A stretch of 64,000 bases of DNA. Origin: Opitutaceae bacterium. Its GTDB lineage: Bacteria; Verrucomicrobiota; Verrucomicrobiia; Opitutales; Opitutaceae. The translations under genes and the position numbers were made by a program. The notes beneath the pieces were generated by a model. It was given only the letters and a program-made list of their open reading frames with translations. It did not search any database and had not been told where the DNA came from. Positions 47,115 through 56,343 of this stretch are shown here, one piece after another. Position 1 is the first letter of the stretch, and each line of letters opens with the position of its first letter. The stretch lies in the NCBI GenBank assembly GCA_047602505.1, contig JASGHD010000001.1:2911929-2975928 (forward strand), in the 5' to 3' direction.

Positions 47115-48119
47115 TCAGCGGAGCGTGGCGTCGGCGGGCATGCCGGGCTTGAGCTCGTCGGCGGAATTCTCGAGGTCGATCTTCACCCGGAAGACGAGCT
47201 TCACGCGCTCCTTCTCCGTCTGGACGGTCTTCGGCGTGAACTCGGCCTCCGCGGAGATGAACCCCACGGTGCCGCGGTAGACCTTTTCCGGGAACGTGTC
47301 GGTGCGCACCTCGGCGGGCTGGCCGTGGCGGATGCGACCGAGGTCGGTCTGGTTCACGTAGGCGCGCACCCAGACATGGGCGAGATCGGCGGCGGTGATC
47401 ACGGGCGTGCCGGCGGAGACGAACTCGCCGGGCTCGATGTTGTGCGAAAGCACGATGCCGGCGAAGGGCGCGAGCAGGCGGGTGTTCTCGAGCTGGGTCT
47501 CGGCGAGCGTGAGCGAGGCGCGGGCGATCTCGACGCGGGCGCGCGCGGCGGCGACGGCATCCTTGCGCGGGCCTTCCTCGGCGAGCTTCAGCGCCTCGGC
47601 GGCCTGTTCGGCGCGGGCGGCGGCGACGGCGTGGTTGGCCTCGGCGGATTCCAAGTCGCGCGCGGCGGATACATCGCGGCGGCGAAGCTCCTGCTGGCGG
47701 GTGAGCTCGAGGCGGGCGCGATCGCGGTCCGCCTCGGCGCTGCGCAGCGCGGCGCGCGCGGTGGCGATCTCCTGCGGGCGGGAGCCGGCCACGAGATCGG
47801 CGAGAGTGGCCTCGGCGGCGGCGAGTTCGGCGCCGCGCAACGCGACCTGCTCGCGTTGCTCGGTGTCGTCGAGACGCGCGACGAGCTGGCCGGCGGTGAC
47901 GCGCTCACCCTCGGACACGAGACGCGCGGCGACGCGACCGGGGATCTTGAAGCCGAGCTGGGCATCGACCGCTTCGATGTTGCCGGAGAGGTGAAGGGCG
48001 GTGTCGGTGTTGGGAAGGCGGCGACAGGCCACACCCGATGCCAACGCGAGCGCGGCGAGCAGGCCGAGGGTGGTGGCGGCGAGGGGGCGGACAGGTTTAG
48101 CGGGAGGGACCTTTTTCAT
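47115..48119 (-). CDS. HlyD-family membrane fusion (periplasmic adaptor) protein, YbhG-like.
   Basis: N-terminal TM helix, coiled-coil (ELAAAEATLADL…ARLELTRQQELRRRDV), and a beta-barrel C-terminus. Confidence 0.85.
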   Translation of the reverse strand: MKKVPPAKPVRPLAATTLGLLAALALASGVACRRLPNTDTALHLSGNIEAVDAQLGFKIPGRVAARLVSEGERVTAGQLVARLDDTEQREQVALRGAELAAAEATLADLVAGSRPQEIATARAALRSAEADRDRARLELTRQQELRRRDVSAARDLESAEANHAVAAARAEQAAEALKLAEEGPRKDAVAAARARVEIARASLTLAETQLENTRLLAPFAGIVLSHNIEPGEFVSAGTPVITAADLAHVWVRAYVNQTDLGRIRHGQPAEVRTDTFPEKVYRGTVGFISAEAEFTPKTVQTEKERVKLVFRVKIDLENSADELKPGMPADATLR

Positions 48120-48768
48120 AGGCTTTGCGGCCGGCGGGCGTGAGGATGCCGTTGAAGAGGACGGTGAGCACGCGATCGATGACCTCGTGCGGCGGCAGTT
48201 GCAGCCGTTCGAGCGAGGCGGGGCGCAGCAGGTTCTGGGCGGCGGTGAGCATCAGCTCGGAGACGAAGATCGGATCGAGCTCCGGGCGGAGCAGCCCCTC
48301 GGCGGCGCCATCGGTGAGCAGTTTGCGCCAGACCTGCGGGAGAATCTCGGCGCGCACGCTTTCCATCCGCGCGTAGAGCGCGGGGTGGTGGCGCTCCAGA
48401 TCGCGCAGGAACGCCGGCGACACCTCGCTCATCTGGCGGACGATGAACGCCATCATCCGGTGGGCCCGTTCCATCACCGGCACGCTTTCGTCCTCGACGA
48501 GGCTGCGCATGCCACCTCGGACCTCCGCAATCTTCGCCTCCAGCATGTGGGAGAGCAGCGCCTCCTTGCCGGGGAAGTGGAGATAGAGCGTCTTCTTGCT
48601 CATCCCGAGTTCGCCGGCGAGGTCGTCCATCGTCGTGCGGCTGAAGCCCAGCGAGGTGAAGTGGCGGCGGGCGGCGGCCACGATGCGCGCGACGGCCCCG
48701 GGTGTCGGGACTGGCGCGGTCGATCGGGCCGCAGCGGCGGAAGAGACGGGAGGCGTGCGTTTGACCAT
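48097..48768 (-). CDS. TetR-family transcriptional regulator (CecR/YbiH-like position).
   Basis: HTH GFSRTTMDDLAGELGMSKKTLYLHFPGKEALL. It is the first gene of the export operon. Confidence 0.8.
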   Translation of the reverse strand: MVKRTPPVSSAAAARSTAPVPTPGAVARIVAAARRHFTSLGFSRTTMDDLAGELGMSKKTLYLHFPGKEALLSHMLEAKIAEVRGGMRSLVEDESVPVMERAHRMMAFIVRQMSEVSPAFLRDLERHHPALYARMESVRAEILPQVWRKLLTDGAAEGLLRPELDPIFVSELMLTAAQNLLRPASLERLQLPPHEVIDRVLTVLFNGILTPAGRKAYEKGPSR

Positions 48769-48884
48769 GAAAACCAGGGAAACTTGGAATGGATTTTGAG
48801 TTTCCTGTGCAAGCCGAATCTTGCCCGACGCAGGGCGGCGGGGGCCTTCTCCACCTTGCCACCAGCTTTTCAGGACAACAAAAA

Positions 48885-48925
48885 AGGCCGGGCGTGAAGG
48901 CCCGGCCGGAAAGACGAACTAGGAC
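48885..48925 (-). terminator. Rho-independent terminator after the RRM protein gene.
   Basis: Minus strand reads CCGGGCCTTCACGCCCGG followed by CCTTTTTTGTTGTCC. Confidence 0.55.
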
Positions 48926-48931
48926 TGCGGC

Positions 48932-49333
48932 TCAGTAGCGGCGCTCGCGACGCTCGCCGCGTTCCCCGCCGAACCCACGGTCGCCACGATCACCGCCACG
49001 GCCGCCGCCGAAGCCGCCGCGACCACCGCCACCGCCAAACCCGCGGCCGCCGCCACCGAAGCCACCGCTGCGCGGCGGACGGTCTTCTTTCGGGCGGGCC
49101 TCGTTGACGGTGAGATTGCGGCCCTCGATGGAGAAGCCGTTCAACGCCTGGATCGCTTTCTGCGCCTCCTCGGGTGTCGCCATGGTCAGAAACGCGAACC
49201 CGCGCGAACGACCGGTGAACTTGTCGGAGATGAGTTCAACTCCCGTCACATTACCGTGCTGTGCGAACAGGTTCTGGAGGTCCTGGGAAGTCGTGGAGAA
49301 GGGGACGTTCCCGACGTACAGTTTGGTGCTCAT
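48932..49333 (-). CDS. RRM-type RNA-binding protein with Gly/Arg-rich tail.
   Basis: RNP2 [11 protein letters not shown]1 RGFAFLTM, then [18 protein letters not shown]. Confidence 0.9.
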   Translation of the reverse strand: MSTKLYVGNVPFSTTSQDLQNLFAQHGNVTGVELISDKFTGRSRGFAFLTMATPEEAQKAIQALNGFSIEGRNLTVNEARPKEDRPPRSGGFGGGGRGFGGGGGRGGFGGGRGGDRGDRGFGGERGERRERRY

Positions 49334-49624
49334 TGATGATCTGGCTCTCTGCGTACTGGCCGGCTGCTTTCCGAACTGTGCCCGAACTGCCGGGTTTCAA
49401 ATCATCATTGAACTCGCGCTCACCTGACGACTGTCCAGCTGCGGAAACTGACAACCTGCGGGCGGCTTCCTCGCATCGGCGGCAGGGGTGAGGCAAGACG
49501 ATTTACCCGGAGCGCGGGCGGGGGAATGATTCCCCATTGTAGCGAGAATTCCGATTCAGCGCGAGACGGGACTGTGCCCGGCGGGCGCTCCCCGCGCGGA
49601 GGCCCCGGCGGACGCTGTGCAAGC

Positions 49625-49665
49625 CCGTTTTCTCCTCTGAAAACCACCGTTTTCTCCTCTGAAAA
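49625..49665. repeat. Direct repeat 2 x CCGTTTTCTCCTCTGAAAA (3-bp spacer) in the SWIB gene leader.
   Basis: Two identical 19-mers about 45 bp upstream of the SWIB start codon. Confidence 0.6.
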
Positions 49666-49708
49666 TCCTGTTGCCTTGCAGGTGGCCGGGAGTATCAACG
49701 GCCCTCGT

Positions 49709-49987
49709 ATGGCAAAAAAGTCACCCAAGTCTCCCCGCAAACCCAACGCAGCTTTCATGAAACCCGTTCAGCCCAATGAGGCGCTCGCCGCCGTCGTGGG
49801 TTCGAACCCGGTGCCCCGCACGGAGCTCACCAAGAAGCTCTGGGCGTACATCAAGAAGAACGGCCTTCAGGACAAGAAGGTGAAGACCAACATCAACGCC
49901 GACGACAAGTTGAAGGTCGTCTTCGGTGGCAAGAAGGTCGTCAGCATGTTCGAGATGACGAAGCTCGTCTCGAACAACCTGAAGTAA
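49709..49987 (+). CDS. SWIB/MDM2-domain protein.
   Basis: FMKPVQPNEALAAVVGSNPVPRTELTKKLWAYIKKNGLQD…KVVSMFEMTKLVSNNLK matches the bacterial SWIB domain pattern. Confidence 0.85.
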   Translation: MAKKSPKSPRKPNAAFMKPVQPNEALAAVVGSNPVPRTELTKKLWAYIKKNGLQDKKVKTNINADDKLKVVFGGKKVVSMFEMTKLVSNNLK

Positions 49988-50008
49988 TCGTCGCAGTTCC
50001 CTCCCGCC

Positions 50009-50043
50009 AAGCGCCGGTCGAGCCTCGCTCCCGGCGCTTTTTT
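50009..50043 (+). terminator. Rho-independent terminator after the SWIB gene.
   Basis: AGCGCCGG…CCGGCGC followed by TTTTTTTGTTGTC. Confidence 0.6.
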
Positions 50044-50283
50044 TGTTGTCGGGTGGAACGTGTGGCCGGTGACAGCGTCGCGCGGGCGAGCCCGCCCGCC
50101 TTGTCCGCACCGCGACGCTGTGCCCGCGCCGCAACAACAACTCGGCCGGCTGCCGTTCCGGGCCGGGATGCAGCCGGAAGGGGCGCACGTCTACTCGGGC
50201 TGTTTTTGGCCCACCGCACGGATTGGCACAGCCCGACGGGTGGTCGGCCGATCGCTCCGCCGGCTCGCCGCCCGCATTACGCC

Positions 50284-50481
50284 TCAGCGGTGCAGAAGGG
50301 CGTGCACGAGCGGCAAACCCAGGCTCGGCAGGGCGCCGAGCCAAGAACGGGAGAGGCTCGCGGTCTCGCACCTCGGCCGGTGCGCAAGCCACAACGCGCC
50401 GGCGACAAACAGGGTCAACGCGACGAGCAGCAGGAGCCGCTCGGGACTGAGCCTCGGTCTGGAATTGCGCGGAGCACGCAT
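50284..50481 (-). CDS. Possible small single-TM protein (65 aa).
   Basis: MRAPRNSRPRLSPERLLLLVALTLFVAGALWLAHRP…; weak call. Confidence 0.2.
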   Translation of the reverse strand: MRAPRNSRPRLSPERLLLLVALTLFVAGALWLAHRPRCETASLSRSWLGALPSLGLPLVHALLHR

Positions 50482-50585
50482 GGGCGGAGGTGGTTCGGCT
50501 CGTCCATGGCAGCAACCGCGCCCGTCGACTAGCGCAAAATCGCGGGCCCCGCTTCGGGCTCGCGCCCCGCCGGCGGCGCTCGGCA

Positions 50586-51572
50586 ATGTGGAGACCTATG
50601 TCGTCCGCCTCTCCCGCACGCCTCCAGGCGATCATCTGGCTCGTCGTCGCGACGCTGGTCTGGGGCTTGAGTTTCCCGCTCATCAAGAGTCTCGGCGAAC
50701 TCCAGCGGCAGCTCGTGCCCGGCAGCGGGAGCTGGTTGGTGACGACGTGCACAGTCGGCCCGCGTTTCCTCGTGGCCGGCGTGGTGCTCGCGCTGGTGGG
50801 TGCGTGGCGTTTCGGCCGGCCGCGCGCGCTCGAGTGGCGGCAGGGCCTCGGATTGGCGCTCTTCGCCGGCCTCGGCCTCCTGCTCCAAGTCGACGGTCTG
50901 CAATACACCGATGCCTCCGTGTCGGCGTTTCTGACACAACTCTACGCCGTGCTGATCCCGCTCTGGGTCGCGCTGCGCACCCGCCGCCCGCCGCCGTGGA
51001 CGGTCGGGATCGCGGGCGCGCTCGTCGTGCTCGGCGTGGGGGTTCTGGGTCGCGTCGATGTGCGGGCGTTCCGGCTCGGTCGCGGTGAGCTCGAGACGGT
51101 GCTCGGCTCGCTGTTCTTCATGGCGCAGATCCTCTGGCTCGAGCGGCGGGAATTTGCGGCCAACCGGGTGCTGCCCGCGACAATCACGATGTTCCTCGCG
51201 CTCGGCGTCGCCTTCGGCGGTGCTGCGCTCGTGCTCGCACCGCAACCGCTGGCCCTCGTCGCGCTGGCGCGGTCGCCGGCTTGGCTGGCGCTCACCGCCG
51301 GGCTGACGGCCGCGTGCACCATTTTCTGTTTCGTGGTGATGAACGCCTGCCAGCCCCGCATCACGGCGACGGAGGCGGGCCTGATCTACACGCTCGAGCC
51401 GGTGTCGGCGTCGGCGCTGGCGTTGTTTCTGCCGGCGCTGATCTCGCGCTGGAGCGGCATCGCCTACGCGGACGAATCGCTCACCTGGCACCTGATCGTC
51501 GGCGGCCTGCTGCTCACCGCGGCCAACGTGCTCGTGCAGCTGCCGGTGCGGCGGGTCGGCGCCCCGAGCTGA
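50586..51572 (+). CDS. EamA/DMT-superfamily transporter.
   Basis: Ten TM helices with two EamA-like halves (IIWLVVATLVWGLSFPLIK…). Confidence 0.75.
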   Translation: MWRPMSSASPARLQAIIWLVVATLVWGLSFPLIKSLGELQRQLVPGSGSWLVTTCTVGPRFLVAGVVLALVGAWRFGRPRALEWRQGLGLALFAGLGLLLQVDGLQYTDASVSAFLTQLYAVLIPLWVALRTRRPPPWTVGIAGALVVLGVGVLGRVDVRAFRLGRGELETVLGSLFFMAQILWLERREFAANRVLPATITMFLALGVAFGGAALVLAPQPLALVALARSPAWLALTAGLTAACTIFCFVVMNACQPRITATEAGLIYTLEPVSASALALFLPALISRWSGIAYADESLTWHLIVGGLLLTAANVLVQLPVRRVGAPS

Positions 51573-51602
51573 GCCCCCGCTGCGGCGCCGCCCTATGGGG
51601 CT

Positions 51603-52292
51603 TCACATTGCTCGCGCGAAGCGGCCGGTGCGGAGGAACGCAAGCGCCTGCTCGGCGGTGCGTCGGCGGAAAAGGATCAACGTGTGGTTCGAGGGCAGCG
51701 TGATGTGGTCGGCCATGCCCTCGAGGCGCGTGCTGCGCTCGGCGACGGTGCCGTCGTGCGGGCGCTCGAGGAACCACCAGCCGATCGGGTTGAGGGCGAA
51801 GCTACCGGCGATCACGCCGAATTCGAAATCAGGGCACGGCGGCAGCGTGCGCCAGTAGGCATCCGGGCCGGTGCCGAGCGCGCCGAGGTTGCGGCCGATG
51901 ATCCGCCAGATGATGGGCAGGCGGCGGAGCTTGTCGGAGACGGCGCTGCCGTTGTGCGGCGGTACGATGTTCACCACGCGGCCAAGATTTGCGGGCCGGT
52001 GCGCGGCAAGGTAGCCGCGCACGATCAGGCCGCCCATCGAATGGGTCACGAAGTGCAGACGCGGCGCGCGATCGACTCCGAGGCCCGCCAGCTTCGCGGC
52101 CAGCCAGCGCGGGCCGAGCTCGGCGAGCGGCACGGTCTTCGAGGGATAATCGAGGTTGTGCACCTCGTAGCCGGCGGCGGTGATGTGACGGGCGAGGCGA
52201 GCGGTCAACCGGCTGCTGATCGCGACCCCGTGGAGGATCACGACGACCTCGCGCGCGGCGGATGCCGGGATGGCGGGGGCGGGCGCGTTCAT
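51603..52292 (-). CDS. Alpha/beta-fold hydrolase (lipase/esterase-like).
   Basis: VVILHGVAISS…; nucleophile elbow HSMGG. Confidence 0.75.
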   Translation of the reverse strand: MNAPAPAIPASAAREVVVILHGVAISSRLTARLARHITAAGYEVHNLDYPSKTVPLAELGPRWLAAKLAGLGVDRAPRLHFVTHSMGGLIVRGYLAAHRPANLGRVVNIVPPHNGSAVSDKLRRLPIIWRIIGRNLGALGTGPDAYWRTLPPCPDFEFGVIAGSFALNPIGWWFLERPHDGTVAERSTRLEGMADHITLPSNHTLILFRRRTAEQALAFLRTGRFARAM

Positions 52293-53152
52293 GCGGCTGC
52301 GTTATCCAGTGATTGGCGACGGGCGAGGATCAGCGCTCGGGTCGTCACCGCGCCGAGCACGATCGCGCCGCCGACAAGCGCCCACCGACCGGGGAACTCG
52401 CCGAGCACGAGCGCGACCCAGATCGGGTTGAGCAACGGCTCGAGCATGAGGATCAGGATCGAGCCGAGGGCGGTCACGTGCTTGATCGCGCGCGCGTAGA
52501 GGAAATACGAGAGGCCGAGCTGGAGCGTACCGAGCGCGACGAGCGCGGCCCAGCCGGTCGGACTCGGCGGCGGACCGGCGGCGAAGAACGGCAGGCCGAC
52601 GACGGCCCCGAGCAGGTTGCCGAACACGATGGAGTCGGCCGGCTCGGCGTCCTTCTGCTTGCGCAGCAGCACGGTCAGGAAGGCGAACGACACGCCGCTC
52701 ACCACGGCGAGGATGCTGCCGAGCAGACCGTCGGCACTGAGCTGGTCGGCGAAGAACAACGCCATGCCGCCGAACACGACGGCGATGGTGATCCAGTCCA
52801 GCCGCGTGACGCGTTCGCCGAGCAGCCAGCGGCCGAGCCACGCGACGTAGATCGGCGCGGTGTACTGGAGCAGGATGGCGTTGGCGGCGGTGGTGAGCTG
52901 GTTCGCCGCAGCGAAGAGCGCGGTGGTGCCCGCGTAGGCGACCGCGGCGCCGACCATCACCGGCGAGAACCGCAGCCGCCAGCGGCGCAGGCAGGCCAGG
53001 AGGAACAACGCCGCGATCAGCCCGCGCCCGCCGGCGACGGCGAGCGGATGGATGTGGACCGACTTGAGCAGCACACCGCCCGAGCTCCAGAGCAGGGCGG
53101 CGGCGAGCAGCCCGAGGACGGCGCGCGAACGCTGTTGTTGGGTTTCCGGCAC
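52289..53152 (-). CDS. EamA/DMT-superfamily transporter (probable GTG start).
   Basis: …VPETQQQRSRAVLGLLAAALLWSSGGVLLK… with ten TM helices. The start codon is uncertain. Confidence 0.7.
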   Translation of the reverse strand: MPETQQQRSRAVLGLLAAALLWSSGGVLLKSVHIHPLAVAGGRGLIAALFLLACLRRWRLRFSPVMVGAAVAYAGTTALFAAANQLTTAANAILLQYTAPIYVAWLGRWLLGERVTRLDWITIAVVFGGMALFFADQLSADGLLGSILAVVSGVSFAFLTVLLRKQKDAEPADSIVFGNLLGAVVGLPFFAAGPPPSPTGWAALVALGTLQLGLSYFLYARAIKHVTALGSILILMLEPLLNPIWVALVLGEFPGRWALVGGAIVLGAVTTRALILARRQSLDNAAA

Positions 53153-53314
53153 GCGGCCAGCCAACGGACCGCGGCGAACGCGGGCGACATTTTTCCAGCC
53201 GGACCTCGGCGTCCTCGACGCGGTGCAATTCGCGGCGGTCTTTCCCGCGACGGGGGCCGCTGCGCGCGGCTCGCGGGGTTGTGTGCGGGTGAAAAAACGC
53301 CACAATGCGCGCGC

Positions 53315-54298
53315 ATGAAACACCGGATCTTCGGCCCCACGGGGCGCCGCGTGAGCGAGGTCGGGCTCGGCTGCTGGCAGCTCGGCGCGAACTGGGGCGC
53401 GGTGTCCGACGCGGACGCGCTCGCGACGCTCTACAGCGCGTACGAGCGCGGCGTGAACTTCTTCGACACGGCCGACGTGTACGGCGACGGCCGCAGCGAG
53501 CGGCTGGTGGGCGAGTTCCTCCGCGAGACGAAGGCGCAGGCGTTTGTGGCGACGAAGCTCGGGCGGCGCGGCGACCCGAGCTGGCCGGCGAACTTCACGC
53601 GCGAGGCGATGCGTCGCCACACCGAGGATTCGCTGCAACGGCTCGGCGTCGGCGCGCTCGATCTCACCCAGCTGCATTGCGTGCCCTTCGAGGAGCTGCG
53701 GCGCGGCGACGTTTTCGAAACTCTCCGCGAGCTGCAGCGCGAGGGGAAGATCAAGGCGTTCGGCGCGAGCGTGGAGACGGTCGCCGAGGCGCGGCACTGC
53801 CTCGAGGTGCCCGGCCTCGTCTCGCTCCAGTTCATCTTCAATCTCTTTCGCCAGAAGGCGGTCACGGAACTCCTCCCGGCAGTGCGGGCGAAGGGCGTGG
53901 CGTTCATCGTGCGGCTGCCGCTCGCGAGCGGATTGCTCGCCGGCAGGTACACGGCGGCGACGCAGTTTCCGGCCGACGACCACCGCAACTTCAACCGCGA
54001 CGGGCAGGCGTTCAACGTGGGCGAGACGTTCGCCGGGCTGCCGTTCGCCAAAGGCGTGGAGCTCGCCGACGAGCTGCGCCGCTACGTGCCGGCGGGCATG
54101 GCGATGGCGGACTTCGCGCTGCGCTGGTGCCTCGACCACGAGGCGGTGACGACGATCATCCCCGGTGCGCGCAGTCCGGAGCAGGCGCGCGGCAACCTGC
54201 GCGCGAGCGAACTCGCGCCGCTGCCGCCGGCGCTGCATGCGCAGCTGCGTCAGTTCTACGACAAGCAGGTCGCCGCCCACATCCGCGGTCCGTATTGA
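53315..54298 (+). CDS. Aldo/keto reductase.
   Basis: MKHRIFGPTGRRVSEVGLGCWQLG…FFDTADVYGDGRSERLVG…; AKR catalytic tetrad context; 327 aa. Confidence 0.9.
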   Translation: MKHRIFGPTGRRVSEVGLGCWQLGANWGAVSDADALATLYSAYERGVNFFDTADVYGDGRSERLVGEFLRETKAQAFVATKLGRRGDPSWPANFTREAMRRHTEDSLQRLGVGALDLTQLHCVPFEELRRGDVFETLRELQREGKIKAFGASVETVAEARHCLEVPGLVSLQFIFNLFRQKAVTELLPAVRAKGVAFIVRLPLASGLLAGRYTAATQFPADDHRNFNRDGQAFNVGETFAGLPFAKGVELADELRRYVPAGMAMADFALRWCLDHEAVTTIIPGARSPEQARGNLRASELAPLPPALHAQLRQFYDKQVAAHIRGPY

Positions 54299-54374
54299 AA
54301 CAGCGGATGGACGGGACGAAGCTTGTCGGACGGCCATGGGCTCTCCGACGTGAACCCCGCCACCGCTCGTACGC

Positions 54375-55208
54375 ATGAAGCAAAGCTCGCCCATCCGGCG
54401 TGAGTTCGCGCTGCCTCCGCCGGAGCTGCGTGAGCTCATCGAGCGCCTCTGGTCATGGGAGAGCGATGCCGCGGTGCCGTTGCCACTGCTGTTGCCCGGC
54501 ACGGGGGCCGAGCTGGTGCTGCACTACCGCACGCCGTTCGTCGCGTTTGGGAGCGACGGCTCGCGGCATTTCCCCGGGGCGGCGCACCTCTCGGGGCTGC
54601 GGAGCTTCTCGTGTCGGCTCGTGGCGCCTGGGCCGGTCGGTTTCGTGGCGGTGCGGTTCCGCTCCGGAGCGGTCCGGCACTTCGGTCGGCTGCGCGCGAC
54701 CGAGGTGATCGACCGGTTTCCGGCGGCGGCGGAGCACTTCGGCCCGGCGGTGGATGAACTCGCGGCGGAGTTGCCGCGGCTGCCGGATTTCGCGCGCCGC
54801 GCGGAGCGGATCGGCGCATTTCTGCTCGAACGGCTCCGGCCGATCGCCGCGGGACGGGAGCGCGCAGACCGGGTGGTGGAGGCGCTCTACTATCGCGAGC
54901 CGGAGGCCTCGGTGGCGGACCTGGCGGAGGATTTCGGGTACAGCAGGCGCCAGCTCGAGCGTCTGGTGGACGAGGCGGCCGGCTCGTCGCCGAAACGTTT
55001 CCGCCGCGTCGCCCGCCTGCACCACACGATGCGGCACCTGCTGCTCGCGCGTGAAACCGACTACCTCGACGCCGCGCTCGCCCGGGGTTTCTACGACCAG
55101 GCGCATTTCATCCACGAGCTGGGTGCGCTCACCGGGCACACCCCGCGCGAGGTGCTGACGCCGGAGGCGTTCGTGTCGCATTTCTACAATCCGCGGCTGC
55201 CGCGTTGA
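54375..55208 (+). CDS. AraC-family transcriptional regulator.
   Basis: C-terminal double HTH (ADLAEDFGYSRRQLERLV…FYDQAHFIHELGALTGHTPRE). Confidence 0.8.
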   Translation: MKQSSPIRREFALPPPELRELIERLWSWESDAAVPLPLLLPGTGAELVLHYRTPFVAFGSDGSRHFPGAAHLSGLRSFSCRLVAPGPVGFVAVRFRSGAVRHFGRLRATEVIDRFPAAAEHFGPAVDELAAELPRLPDFARRAERIGAFLLERLRPIAAGRERADRVVEALYYREPEASVADLAEDFGYSRRQLERLVDEAAGSSPKRFRRVARLHHTMRHLLLARETDYLDAALARGFYDQAHFIHELGALTGHTPREVLTPEAFVSHFYNPRLPR

Positions 55209-55234
55209 GGTACGATGCGGGCGGATTCTCCCGC

Positions 55235-55822
55235 ATGAAAAACATCATCGCCACTCTCCGCGCCAAGCCCGGCCAAGGCGCGGCCCTCGAAACGCTCCTG
55301 CGCGACCAGGTGCGCCTCACCGCCGCCGAACCCGGCGCGATGGTCTACGAACTCCTGCGCGACGAGGCGCAGCCCGACACGCTGGTCGTGTACGAACGTT
55401 ATCGCGACGCCGCCGCGAAGGCCGTGCACCTCGCGACGCCGTATCTCGCCGCCACGCTGGAGCGCGCGGCGCCGTTGCTCGCGGAGCCGCCGGTGCTGCG
55501 ACACCTCGAGACGCTCGCCGCGATCCGCCACGAACAGACCGTTGTCGACGGGCGCATGGTCGAGCTCGTCGCTTTGCCGCTGGGTCCGGTGAAGCTCGTC
55601 TATGCGCGGACGGAGCGCGGGCTGCTGGCCTGCGGCGCGATCGACCCGGCCGCGTTGGAGAAGTTCGGGATCGCCGCCGCGCGCGTGCGGCCGACGACCG
55701 GCAGCTCGGTCGGCAGTCTCGACGACCTGCTCGCCGGCGAGGTGCGCGAGGCGAACACCGCCGCGCAGGCGCTCGGCATCGCGCCCGGCATGAGCGGTCG
55801 CGCGACGCTGGCGCGGCTGTGA
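55235..55822 (+). CDS. Fusion of an antibiotic-biosynthesis-monooxygenase (ABM) domain and a DUF1805 (YunC-like) domain.
   Basis: N-terminal MKNIIATLRAKPGQGAALETLLRDQV…VVYERYRD (ABM). C-terminal GRMVELVALPLGPVKLVYARTERGLLACGAIDPAALEKFGIAAARV (YunC-like). Confidence 0.65.
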   Translation: MKNIIATLRAKPGQGAALETLLRDQVRLTAAEPGAMVYELLRDEAQPDTLVVYERYRDAAAKAVHLATPYLAATLERAAPLLAEPPVLRHLETLAAIRHEQTVVDGRMVELVALPLGPVKLVYARTERGLLACGAIDPAALEKFGIAAARVRPTTGSSVGSLDDLLAGEVREANTAAQALGIAPGMSGRATLARL

Positions 55823-55927
55823 ACGCGGAGGGCGGCAAGAGCCTGCGCCTTGCGATCCGCGACCACGCGTCGCCCGACGGAAGCGGAACGATACTCTTCG
55901 CGGTGACCAGCAGTTGCGGCCTCCAGT

Positions 55928-55950
55928 CATGTCAACCAATAGTTGACATG
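55928..55950. repeat. Palindromic element copy 3 (CATGTCAACCAATAGTTGACATG).
   Basis: Perfect 9-bp arms. It lies between the convergent 3' ends of the ABM-DUF1805 gene and the TIR gene. Confidence 0.65.
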
Positions 55951-56343
55951 GCGGTGACACGAGCGCCGGCCTTTGGTGCGGGAGCGAACGGTGAGCGCGA
56001 CGTGGATTCGCTCCGATCCGTAGGGGATGAGGTTGGGGGCTGCTTGCGCGGACACTGGGGGCCAACGGCACTGCCGGGCGCCCGACGTGATCACTGCGCG
56101 ACGCGCGTGCGTCGCCACGGTGCTCCACTCCTGCAATCGCGACGGTTGGCGCGCGCGCCGGAGAGCGTTTTCACTGGGCCAAGCTTGCAGCGGCCATGCA
56201 ACACGCCATCGGCGGAGGTGCGCGCAACCGCGCGCGGCGTTTGGCGAACGAAGATCCGGGCGAACCCGCGGACGGAGTCCACGACCCGCTTGAGGGCAGC
56301 GGGTCAACCGCGAGTCGCGGACCGTCGCGCGGCTGGCGCGGCG

